Assembly: GCA_035278105.1 (NCBI GenBank)
Contig: DATEJI010000108.1
Span: forward strand, 142,350-206,349
Reading direction: 5' to 3'
DNA from: Candidatus Saccharimonadales bacterium
GTDB taxonomy: Bacteria; Patescibacteriota; Saccharimonadia; Saccharimonadales; UBA4665
Length of the DNA: 64,000 nt
Below are positions 28,602-37,365 of the stretch, piece after piece (the stretch's first letter is position 1; every line of letters starts with the position of its first letter). A model generated the notes under the pieces. That model saw only the letters and a program-made list of their open reading frames with translations, was not told the origin of the DNA and searched no databases. A program made the position numbers and the translations under genes.

Positions 28602-31145
28602 TTATATTCGTTCGGCGTGCAGCGAACCGGCGGCAGCATCGGCAACGTGGTCGAGCAGCGCGGCAACTTCAGCGTCGGTGAGCGTCCGTTCGAAGCTCGC
28701 AATGCTCAAACGCAGCGTAATCTGCTTGTGCGCGGTGTCGTCTTGGCGTTGGTAGTTGTCGATAGGTGTCAGCGTGTGGTGGGTTTGATCGGGCCGATGA
28801 TCGTGCAGTTGACTCTCGGTAAAGGTGTATACCTCGGCGTAAGTCGTCGCAGCCGGCACCTTCAAACAAAGGTCTTGGGTTACTGCCGGGAAGCGCGGCA
28901 GTGCACGGTACTCCCTGTTTGCGGCCAACGCGGCAAGCGGTTCGATGCCGAGCTCGAAGCCAGCGCAAAAATCAGGCAACTTCAGACTCTTGCGCACCAA
29001 GACGCTGTATTCGCCTACTCGGCCGACGATATTGCCGTCTACCTTCACGGTCGCGGCTCGGCCGGCGGCATAATAGGGAGTGGATTGGTCGGACTCCGCC
29101 GGATCGAGCGGCTCATACACAACACATTGCGCGATGCCAAGCGCGTGGAGCAACCCTTCCACATAGTGCTTGGCCTGATAGTATGGCGCGCCAGCGTACT
29201 GGCCGTCAACTTTTGTATCTGCGGCGAACACGAGCGCCACGCGCTCCAACTCCTTGGGCAAATCATCTTCGGTGGTAATGTCTTGCTGATGCGCCTTGCC
29301 AATCTCGAACAGCGCGAATTCGTCGTAGCCAGCTTTGATGTTCGGATGAATTTTGTCGAGCAAGCTCGGCGTAAGGCTCAAACGGAAATACTGCAGATCC
29401 GGGCTGAGCGCGTTGCTCAAACGGAACGCTTGATCGCTGGCCTGACCGACTTTTTCTAGCAAGTTGCCATGCACAAAGCTGTAGCTGAGGATTTCGTTGG
29501 CACCGCGGCTGGCCAGGTGGTTACGCAGGCGATTTTTGAGTTCGCGCAGCGGATTTTTCTCGGCCGGAGTGAGGTCACGCCGCGGCAACTCCACCGGCAG
29601 TTTATCGTAACCGTATAAGCGGCCGACTTCCTCAACGATGTCTTCAGGAATCTCGATATCAGTACGCCAAAACGGCGCGGTCACGGTTAGCTCGTCGCCC
29701 GTCAGTGTCACCTTGCACTCGACATTCCTAAGTAGCTTTTGCATCTCAGCAGCCGGCAGATCAAGACCCAAGCGCACGTTGACGAACTGGCGAGACACGG
29801 TGACCGGCGGATGGATACTGCCGCGACTGCGGACGTCCTCTGGCAGATGGTTATCGTCCACCAACGGGCCGGCGACCACGCCACCGGCAAGTTCGCTTAC
29901 ATCTTGCACGATCTTGCCAAGCACGGCCAGGTTTTGCAGCGGGCTCTGACCCTTGGTAAAACGCGTCACCGCGTCAGTGAACAAGCCATGCGTCATGCTT
30001 GTACGCCGGATGGAATACATGTCGAAGTTAGCGCACTCCAAAATAATGTTTGTGGTGTGTTCGTCGACCTCGGTCTCGCCGCCACCCATTATACCGCCAA
30101 TGCCGATGAGCTCTTGGTCGGTAGCAATTATAATGGCTTCAGCCCGAGGAACAATCTCTTTACCGTTCAATAGCAAAATCTTCTCGCCGTCTCGCGGATA
30201 ACGCACCACAATAGTTGCTTGATCGCCCTTGGAGCGGGCCTTCACCTTGTCGTAATCATATGCATGGAGCGGCTGGCCGGTCAGCAGCATAAAGTAATTC
30301 GTCAGGTCAACGACATTATTAATAGGACGCACACCGAGCCGCGCCAGGTTTACCTGCAACCACACCGGGCTGGGCTTGATAACGATGCCGCTCATTGGCA
30401 CCGCCACAAAACGCGGCACGAGCTCGGGCACCTCGTTACGCACCGCTACGCGCAAAGCGCCATCGGCCGAAGGAATCGTCGCGTCCACGCGGTACCACTC
30501 CGGACTGGTAAATTGCTGCTGTTGGATACCAGCGATCTCGCGCGCCACGCCTAGCATGCCAAAGCAATCTGGCCGGTGAGTGAACATCTTGTTCTCGAGA
30601 TCGATGACGACATCGTCGCGCAGATGATAAGCGTCCATAAACAGCGTGCCCGGCGTAATGTCTTCGTCGATTTCGAGAATCCCGTCGTGGTTGTCGCCCA
30701 GCGACAGTTCGCGCGAGCTAGCCAGCATACCGTTGCTCAGCTCACCCCGGAATTGCCGAGCTTCGAGCACGAACGGTTTTTTGTCGTACGTTTCGGGCAC
30801 GGTGTTGCCTGGCGGCAACCAAGCGACCGTCAAACCCTCGCGCACATTGGGCGCACCACAAACTACCTGTACATGGCCATTCTCGTCGCGAGTTACATCC
30901 TTGGCGTAGCCGCCGTCGTCTATCTTGCAGATGTGCAGATGATCGGAGTTGGGGTGGTCCGCGCGCGAGACAATCTTCACAATCACCACGCCTTCAAACC
31001 GCTTGCCAAACAACGTAACCTCTTCGACCGCGCCGAGCTGCTCGCCAATGCGCCGCACCAGCGCATCCACATCATCTGGCGCCGGGTCGCCAGCCCAGTG
31101 ATACTTTTGCTGATAATACCTGATGTGGCCGAGGCTAACCTTCAT
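28602..31145 (-). CDS. pheT: Phenylalanine-tRNA ligase beta subunit
   Basis: VVCGAPNV tRNA-binding domain, HRPDCFG, GQPLHAYD, C-terminal FDX-ACB; start at MKVSL. Confidence 0.96.
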   Translation of the reverse strand: MKVSLGHIRYYQQKYHWAGDPAPDDVDALVRRIGEQLGAVEEVTLFGKRFEGVVIVKIVSRADHPNSDHLHICKIDDGGYAKDVTRDENGHVQVVCGAPNVREGLTVAWLPPGNTVPETYDKKPFVLEARQFRGELSNGMLASSRELSLGDNHDGILEIDEDITPGTLFMDAYHLRDDVVIDLENKMFTHRPDCFGMLGVAREIAGIQQQQFTSPEWYRVDATIPSADGALRVAVRNEVPELVPRFVAVPMSGIVIKPSPVWLQVNLARLGVRPINNVVDLTNYFMLLTGQPLHAYDYDKVKARSKGDQATIVVRYPRDGEKILLLNGKEIVPRAEAIIIATDQELIGIGGIMGGGETEVDEHTTNIILECANFDMYSIRRTSMTHGLFTDAVTRFTKGQSPLQNLAVLGKIVQDVSELAGGVVAGPLVDDNHLPEDVRSRGSIHPPVTVSRQFVNVRLGLDLPAAEMQKLLRNVECKVTLTGDELTVTAPFWRTDIEIPEDIVEEVGRLYGYDKLPVELPRRDLTPAEKNPLRELKNRLRNHLASRGANEILSYSFVHGNLLEKVGQASDQAFRLSNALSPDLQYFRLSLTPSLLDKIHPNIKAGYDEFALFEIGKAHQQDITTEDDLPKELERVALVFAADTKVDGQYAGAPYYQAKHYVEGLLHALGIAQCVVYEPLDPAESDQSTPYYAAGRAATVKVDGNIVGRVGEYSVLVRKSLKLPDFCAGFELGIEPLAALAANREYRALPRFPAVTQDLCLKVPAATTYAEVYTFTESQLHDHRPDQTHHTLTPIDNYQRQDDTAHKQITLRLSIASFERTLTDAEVAALLDHVADAAAGSLHAERI

Positions 31146-31596
31146 GCGCCGCCTTTCGAATACGATCGCGAATAGCGACGAGCTCATCCTCGCTCATTGC
31201 CGGGCCGTCGACGGTCGTAATGTAACCGGGATATTCCGGATAAAACGCCACGTGATGCTTGGCGCCTTTGGCGTAGACCTCTGGATTGTGCATGGGGTAA
31301 AGCTTGGCGTGCACGTGCGGCACGCCTTCGCCCTCAAACACCAGCGCGACTTTGGGCACACCCATGGCTTTTTCCAACAACTTGGCTACTTTTCTGGCGG
31401 CAGTCATCAGGCCGGCCGCCTCTTTGTCGGACAAATCGAACACATAGGCACCCAAGTTCTTTTTGGGCACCACCACGGTGAGGCCGGGCGTGCTCGGAAA
31501 TGGCGTTAGAAACGCGAGATACTTGTCGTCTTCCCACACTTTGTAGCTGGGAATCTCATTGTCTGCAATTTTTTCAAAGAGTGATTTGTCTGTCAT
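31135..31596 (-). CDS. HIT-family nucleotide hydrolase
   Basis: LFEKIADNEIPSYKVWED, VPHVH triad. Confidence 0.9.
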   Translation of the reverse strand: MTDKSLFEKIADNEIPSYKVWEDDKYLAFLTPFPSTPGLTVVVPKKNLGAYVFDLSDKEAAGLMTAARKVAKLLEKAMGVPKVALVFEGEGVPHVHAKLYPMHNPEVYAKGAKHHVAFYPEYPGYITTVDGPAMSEDELVAIRDRIRKAAHEG

Positions 31597-31615
31597 AGTT
31601 ACGAGTCTTTCCCTT

Positions 31616-32671
31616 TTAGGCGAATTGCGTTAGGAAGTCAAGCTTGCCACTTTCGAAGTGTCGGACGTCCTCGATGTTATATTTGAGCATCACCAGCCGC
31701 TCGATACCAAAGCCCCAAGCAAAGCCAGTGTATGTCAGCGGATCGATGCTGGCCATCTTGAGCACGTTAGGATGAATCATGCCGCAGCCGCCCAGCTCGA
31801 TCCAGCCACTGTAGCTGCACACGTTGCAACCTTTTTCGTCGCAGAATGGGCAACTGGCAATGAACTCGAAGCTCGGCTCGGTGAACGGGAAATAAAACGG
31901 CTGAATTTTGACTTTGAGTTCACGGCCATAGTAGCCCTGCAACATCGCTTTGATGGTCGCTACTAAATGGCCGGCGTGAATACCCTTATCGACATACACG
32001 CCCTCGATCTGGTAAAACGTATGCTCATGCCGAGCATCGAGGTCTTCGTTACGGAACACGCGGTCTGGGATGACCACGGCAATTGGCCGCCCCTGCCCCA
32101 AATTCGCCTCATATTTTTTGAGCAAACGATTCTGCATGGTGCTGGTGTGCGCGGGCGCGATGAACGGCTTGCCGCCAGCGTCGGTCTGCTCGGTCATGAA
32201 GGTATCGTAATCGTCGCGCGCGGGGTGGCCTTCCGGAAAATTCAGGCTGGTGAACATATGATAATCGTCGTCTAGCTGCCGCGATTCAGCCACGGTAAAG
32301 CCCATGCGATAAAAAATATCAGCGATGATCTCAATCTCGGTCATCAGTGGATGCTTGCTGCCGCGGTCGGCAATGAGTACTCGCGGGCGCTTGCTGGCTG
32401 GCGTGTTGCTGTCGAACGGCGCACTTACATCTATGGGCGGCAAGGCTTCGGCCTGGGCTTGATGCTGGGCAATCAGTTGTTCTAGCTCCGCTTTGAGCTG
32501 GTTGATTTCCTGGCCAAAGCCACGACGCTCGTCGGCAGGTAACGTGAGAATTTCGGCATACAACGCCTTCAGTTCGGTCGCCTTTAGAATGTCGGCCTTA
32601 TCTTCTAGCGCTTGCAATCGTGCCTTGAGTTGCTCGGCAATAGCAGCAACGCGGGGATTTTGATAGCTCAT
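31616..32671 (-). CDS. pheS: Phenylalanine-tRNA ligase alpha subunit
   Basis: HPARD, FRNE, FYQIEG, FPFTEPS, GFAWGFGIERL. Confidence 0.97.
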   Translation of the reverse strand: MSYQNPRVAAIAEQLKARLQALEDKADILKATELKALYAEILTLPADERRGFGQEINQLKAELEQLIAQHQAQAEALPPIDVSAPFDSNTPASKRPRVLIADRGSKHPLMTEIEIIADIFYRMGFTVAESRQLDDDYHMFTSLNFPEGHPARDDYDTFMTEQTDAGGKPFIAPAHTSTMQNRLLKKYEANLGQGRPIAVVIPDRVFRNEDLDARHEHTFYQIEGVYVDKGIHAGHLVATIKAMLQGYYGRELKVKIQPFYFPFTEPSFEFIASCPFCDEKGCNVCSYSGWIELGGCGMIHPNVLKMASIDPLTYTGFAWGFGIERLVMLKYNIEDVRHFESGKLDFLTQFA

Positions 32672-32820
32672 ATTCCCTTGATTATACCAAAGGGTTGGCT
32701 TGGGTGCACGGCAATCGGCTAAAAATACTTAGTGGCTGCGACGCACTTTTATTTGACTTGTCGGGCACACTGCGCCATGCTGCATGCGCACAGCAAAAAA
32801 CAAGCTATACTGGAGGAGTT

Positions 32821-33267
32821 ATGGGCGCACAGGCAACAGAAATTACCAATCAAGACCTGCTCGGTGTTATGCAAGATCTGATGCAAATGACGAGCGACGG
32901 CTTCTTGCGCTTAGAACAGCGGATGGACAGGATAGAGGGTCGTATGGACGATGTTGAAGGTCGTATGAGCGGCTTGGAAGGTCGTTTGGACAGAATAGAG
33001 CGAGAGTTACGCGAGATCAAGCACCGGCTCGACGCCCACGATTTGCGGTTTGCTGAATTGGAGCGTATCTGCAACGAACTGATGAACAACCAGCGTGCAT
33101 ATCTGAATGATATTTCGGACCTGCTCGACCGTGTGCAAGCGCTAGAGGACAAAGCCCCCAACATCACCGAATCCGAAATTCGCGAGCTGCAGCGACTATT
33201 AAAACTGATCGTCGACTGGGCGCTTAAGGTTGCAAAAACGACGAAAGTGCCGCTTACTATTCAGTAG
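32821..33267 (+). CDS. Heptad-repeat coiled-coil protein
   Basis: GGAGG RBS; EQRMDRI/EGRMDDV/EGRMSGL/EGRLDRI heptads. Confidence 0.75.
   Translation: MGAQATEITNQDLLGVMQDLMQMTSDGFLRLEQRMDRIEGRMDDVEGRMSGLEGRLDRIERELREIKHRLDAHDLRFAELERICNELMNNQRAYLNDISDLLDRVQALEDKAPNITESEIRELQRLLKLIVDWALKVAKTTKVPLTIQ
32914..32997 (+). repeat. Four degenerate 21-bp in-frame tandem units
   Basis: GAGGGTCGTATGGACGATGTT / GAAGGTCGTATGAGCGGCTTG / GAAGGTCGTTTGGACAGAATA plus one more diverged upstream unit. Confidence 0.7.
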
Positions 33268-33269
33268 CT

Positions 33270-33767
33270 ATGGCACAGTTTTCGTTTGACGTTGTTTCTG
33301 AATACGACAAGGCCGAGATGAATAATGTCTTCGACCAAACGCTGCGCGAGATGGCTGCGCGCTACGATTTTAAGGGCACGCCTGCGGCCATCGAGTGGCT
33401 TGGTGCCGATAAGACTGGGTTCAAGGTTATTGGCAGCGGCGAATGGCAAATCGACGCCATTCTTGATATTGTACGCAAAAAACTCGCCGCTCGCAGCCAA
33501 AATCAAAAGGTGCTCGATACCTCAAAAGATGTCGTCGAAAGTAATCTCAAAGCTAGCAAAGAAGTCCCTCTCAAACACGGACTCGATCAAGAAAAAGCCA
33601 AGAAGATTACCAGTCTCATCCGCGAGCAGTTTCCGAAAGCGAAAACCCAGATCCAGGGCGACAGTGTCCGCGTTACGAGCACCAGCAAGGACGAACTTCA
33701 AACTGTTATGCAGCAGTTACGCTCGCAGGAGTTCGATTTTCCACTGAGCTTCACGAATTTCCGTTAA
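33270..33767 (+). CDS. yajQ: YajQ-family nucleotide/c-di-GMP-binding protein
   Basis: SFDVVSE, IQGDSVRV, SKDELQ, FTNFR. Confidence 0.92.
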   Translation: MAQFSFDVVSEYDKAEMNNVFDQTLREMAARYDFKGTPAAIEWLGADKTGFKVIGSGEWQIDAILDIVRKKLAARSQNQKVLDTSKDVVESNLKASKEVPLKHGLDQEKAKKITSLIREQFPKAKTQIQGDSVRVTSTSKDELQTVMQQLRSQEFDFPLSFTNFR

Positions 33768-33788
33768 CTCGTTAACTTTGGCAGCTTT

Positions 33789-33870
33789 TGGCAAGCCAGC
33801 GATTCGGCGACTATACCTTCATAGTGCACTTGGCATTCTTGAGGCGCACGTGCCGTAAGGGATGGTCGCC
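33789..33870. ncRNA. Dispersed structured element, copy 1
   Basis: Shares GACYATACCTTCA and TTCTTGAGGCG blocks with 43999-44085; stem 33806-33819/33857-33870 pairs at 13 of 14 positions. Confidence 0.6.
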
Positions 33871-33890
33871 AGAGATTCGGAGCGGCGGAT

Positions 33891-35528
33891 TTAGTGCACG
33901 GCAACACAGTTGAGATCGGTGCTGTTATCGGTTTGTGCCTGCGCAAAGCTATCAAAACTTTTAAACATCTTACCGTTCACATCCACCGAATCGGGCGCGT
34001 TGAGAATTTGGATGAGCGGATCCCCTTGATCGCACAGCCGGTCGGTACGCAGCTCGAGCGAGCCCGCTCGTGCCAGCAGTACACCACCGCCATTCATGGT
34101 AAGCACATCGCCTTCGTAAGCGGTCTGCAAGCCACTGAGCTCTACATCCTGTTCGCTGCCGCCTGCCAGGGTTGTTATTTGCGCCGCCTTTGGATTGATA
34201 TGCGTCATCGACAGCGTGGCGTCGCCGCCCACCTTCAACGATAGCACATCAGCGACGGGCTGCGCATCGGCCGTAAAGCTGCTTTGATCGCCGTGGAGTA
34301 CAATCGACTGCAGGTTGGGCGCGTGAATCGTCACCGTAATATCGTGGCTGTTATAAAAACACAAGAAGTTACAGAGCGGCTGATTCGCCACCGCGCTAGA
34401 GTCGATAGTGAGCGTGCTGTTCGCAACGACGGCGCGGACGTTACCTCTGGCCGGATCGCCAATAAACCGCGCTTCGACAAAATAACGCGTATCGGGCACG
34501 AAAGTATAAGTCGTATTATTCCCGCTCAGCACGACGTTTTTAAAGGAACTAAGCTGGGTGATGTGCGTCTGGTGCAGTGCGTTGTAGCGGTCTTGGATGC
34601 GCGGCGCGATGTCTGCGGCATAGCCCGCGCAAATGCCCGACGCCACCACAAACAGTCCAATAAGCAGTCCGGTTAGCCAAGACGGCAATCGCCATTTGAG
34701 CGTCATGAGGGCGATGCCGACGGCCAGCGCCAGCACACCACCAATCAGCGCAGTCCCTAGGCCGCCCAAAAGGAGCAGCTTTTCCTCCGTGCCGACCGGA
34801 AATGTAACGTGGCCGCTTACTTGGCCGCCGCGCAGCAGCGCAAAGGCTGTCGCCATAATCAGGGCGAACAACACTGCTCCAGTTATGAGCAGAGTCAGCG
34901 CACCCACCGACCCGAGCACAACTCGCGCAACAACGTACAGAGCGCGACCTACCGCGTTCGCGCCGCGCGCTGCTGCACCCGAAATATCCGCCTGTTCAAC
35001 CGCTTTTTTCAGATTGCCCACGGTCACTGGCTTCCCTTGCATGAGCAGTCGATCGCTGGGCGTTTTAGCCACCGGCACCAACAACCACAACAAAATGTAC
35101 ACCAATAAACCAAGACCACCCGAAAACGTAAGCAGCACGAATGCCAGCCGGTAGATAATTGCCGGGATGCCTGTGTATGCCTCCAGCCCGGACGCTACGC
35201 CGGCGACCAGGCCGTGGTCGAGATCGCGAAAGAAACGCTTGCCATCCGAGGTGTCCGCGGCAGGTTCGGCCGGTTCTTCCTTAAAGTCGCCTGGCGCGCC
35301 CAACTGGTGTTGCAGAAAATCGACATCTTTTTGCAAGATGACTTTTTTATCGTGAATGCCGCGCTCAGCCAAAAGTTCGGCCATGCGCGCTTCAATTTCT
35401 TCGATTACTTCGCTATCGTCGCCCACTTGCTTGGTGATAGCATCAAGATATCGTTTCAGCTCGGCGTGCGCTGCTACCGAGATAGTAAACACTTGCCGGC
35501 CTAAGTGAATATGTGTCACTTCGTTCAT
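33891..35528 (-). CDS. PspC-domain envelope stress membrane protein
   Basis: FFRDLDHGLVAGVASGL...YILLWLLVP PspC motif, further TMs and an extracellular C-terminus; downstream of padR. Confidence 0.88.
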   Translation of the reverse strand: MNEVTHIHLGRQVFTISVAAHAELKRYLDAITKQVGDDSEVIEEIEARMAELLAERGIHDKKVILQKDVDFLQHQLGAPGDFKEEPAEPAADTSDGKRFFRDLDHGLVAGVASGLEAYTGIPAIIYRLAFVLLTFSGGLGLLVYILLWLLVPVAKTPSDRLLMQGKPVTVGNLKKAVEQADISGAAARGANAVGRALYVVARVVLGSVGALTLLITGAVLFALIMATAFALLRGGQVSGHVTFPVGTEEKLLLLGGLGTALIGGVLALAVGIALMTLKWRLPSWLTGLLIGLFVVASGICAGYAADIAPRIQDRYNALHQTHITQLSSFKNVVLSGNNTTYTFVPDTRYFVEARFIGDPARGNVRAVVANSTLTIDSSAVANQPLCNFLCFYNSHDITVTIHAPNLQSIVLHGDQSSFTADAQPVADVLSLKVGGDATLSMTHINPKAAQITTLAGGSEQDVELSGLQTAYEGDVLTMNGGGVLLARAGSLELRTDRLCDQGDPLIQILNAPDSVDVNGKMFKSFDSFAQAQTDNSTDLNCVAVH

Positions 35529-35881
35529 GTTGTTCCTTTCTCTAATTGCGTAATCGAGGTGTGCAAACGCTGGTATGTGCCCGCCAGTTCGGCGAGCAAG
35601 GTGCGGCCGTCATCGGTAAGCCAATAATATTTGCGCGGCGGCCCCTGCTCGGACTCTTGCCATTCGTAGGCAAGCAGTTTGTCTCGCGCCAAACGGCTCA
35701 ACAGTGGATACAGTGTGCCCTCAACCACGATAAGTTCGGCGGCTCGCAACTTTTGGATAATCTCCGAGCTATAGGCCTTATGATCCTGACACATCAGCAG
35801 CACGCAGTACACCAGCATTCCTTTACGCATCTGCGTTTCAATCTGGTTGCTAAATGATTCTTGCCGACTAGCTTCGCTCAT
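35525..35881 (-). CDS. PadR-family transcriptional regulator
   Basis: EGTLYPLLSRL, WQESEQGPPRKYY. Confidence 0.93.
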   Translation of the reverse strand: MSEASRQESFSNQIETQMRKGMLVYCVLLMCQDHKAYSSEIIQKLRAAELIVVEGTLYPLLSRLARDKLLAYEWQESEQGPPRKYYWLTDDGRTLLAELAGTYQRLHTSITQLEKGTT

Positions 35882-35909
35882 ATACTACTATGTTATACAA
35901 GGTACTATA
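35882..35909 (-). promoter_or_regulatory. Putative PadR autoregulatory operator/promoter
   Basis: Imperfect inverted repeat TATACTAC...GTACTATA abutting the start codon; TTGACT on the minus strand just upstream. Confidence 0.4.
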
Positions 35910-35936
35910 AAAGTCAAGACCTTGTAGGCCATCAGG

Positions 35937-37325
35937 CTACGTGCTCGGACTGATATGTAGATCGCGTATCAGATAATGGAGTATGCGATATTCGAGCGGT
36001 CCACACCATACTCTTCTGGAACCTATGGCCGTAACCGCACCCGCTGTATCGACCCAGCCCTCTGTTTGCTCGCACCGTAAATTTCCGTCAACTACAGTGA
36101 ACTCGTATTGGCTGACTCCTTTGGCCGCTTGCAATGCCGCTGGATCCCCAGTTGTGTCAGCAAATAATTGGCGCCGTTTTTCGTCGGGCTCGTATTCCTC
36201 TTGGAATAAGACCAGCGGGCGAGGTTCTGATGGCTCTTGCCCTTCAGCCACGACCGCTTCTTGGGTCAAGGTAATCGTCAGTTGTCTGCCTTGCTCCTCT
36301 ACGGTGTCTCCAATTATCAACGGAGTGCCCGGCTCTATTCCGCCAGTCTTTTGCACGAAACTGTCCAGTACACGAGCGACATCGCTGGCAAAAAATCGCC
36401 CGCTTCGTTCAAAGCCTTTAGCCGACGGCTGGATTTCTTTTGGCGCATGTTCTAGGTACCGAGTGAGCTCATCGAACGAAAATTTCATAGGCGCGACGTG
36501 CTCGAGCGTGGTCGACAAGTATTCGGCTTCGGCAGGTCCGACCAACTCACCAAGCTCGGGATGCTCCTGGTAATACAGGGCGGCTTCACGCATGCTCCCT
36601 ATGTGAACGAGCCGAGCAGTGAACATCAGACGAGTATCCTCGACCGGGAAACGCTGCACGAGCCCACCTTGGCGCAACAGATAATCGTAGGTCTGTCGTT
36701 CACGCGTGCTTCTATCCTGAAATGTCGCCCGGACGTGTTGGCTCGTTTCCGTGACTGCCACACAGAGATCGACATTGCCGCTCGAGCTCGTGTCATCTTG
36801 CAAGAATACGAACTGCACCTCGTACGGTGGTTGCTCGGGATCGTTGAATTGCATCCTTCGGCCTTCGCCCACTTCATACACGGCCTCCTGGCGGAGTGCG
36901 TTGTGTAAGCTCCATTGCAAACTTTGGTGAATAAGCGCCGCTTCTGAACCAGTTGGTAATTTGCCAAGAAAACGCCTGACGCCGAAGGGCTCTGGTTCGT
37001 CGCCGGCGGCTTCGCGGAAGTGATCGGTGCCAGTGGGTGGGATGGAGCCGCCACCGAAGTCGGTTATTGGCGGTACTTCGGACGGCGCATCAGACGGTGC
37101 ATCACTGATCGAAGGAATATCGTGGACGTATGGAACGTCGCTTGGAACATCATGTGGATCGTGTGCCGACGGTATAGACTGGTAGTCGCTATATGGTGTC
37201 GCGTACGGGTCAACAATCGGCTCGTATGCAGCGGTGTAGTCAGTGTTGCCTATCGGCTCAATCAGAATAAACTCTTGCGGTGTATCTGCTTCTCTGTCGC
37301 CTTGCCCACCGGGTAACTCTCGCAT
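35937..37325 (-). CDS. Orphan acidic protein (family C, copy 1)
   Basis: Acidic Pro-rich N-terminus; PFGVRRF, RQTYDY, GPAEAEYL; TACCCT-N6-ATG. Confidence 0.75.
   Translation of the reverse strand: MRELPGGQGDREADTPQEFILIEPIGNTDYTAAYEPIVDPYATPYSDYQSIPSAHDPHDVPSDVPYVHDIPSISDAPSDAPSEVPPITDFGGGSIPPTGTDHFREAAGDEPEPFGVRRFLGKLPTGSEAALIHQSLQWSLHNALRQEAVYEVGEGRRMQFNDPEQPPYEVQFVFLQDDTSSSGNVDLCVAVTETSQHVRATFQDRSTRERQTYDYLLRQGGLVQRFPVEDTRLMFTARLVHIGSMREAALYYQEHPELGELVGPAEAEYLSTTLEHVAPMKFSFDELTRYLEHAPKEIQPSAKGFERSGRFFASDVARVLDSFVQKTGGIEPGTPLIIGDTVEEQGRQLTITLTQEAVVAEGQEPSEPRPLVLFQEEYEPDEKRRQLFADTTGDPAALQAAKGVSQYEFTVVDGNLRCEQTEGWVDTAGAVTAIGSRRVWCGPLEYRILHYLIRDLHISPST
36978..37072. repeat. ~95-bp segment shared with 38407-38499
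   Basis: Manual alignment gives about 76 of 95 identical positions; encodes PITDFGG..PPTGTD..REAAGDEPEPFGV. Confidence 0.8.
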
Positions 37326-37365
37326 TATTTTAGGGTATCACGCCAGGAATGTCTTCGCTAGGGTT

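Noticed and set aside
28149-29459. 436-aa plus-strand ORF
   Set aside because: Antisense shadow across the ABC exporter and pheT.
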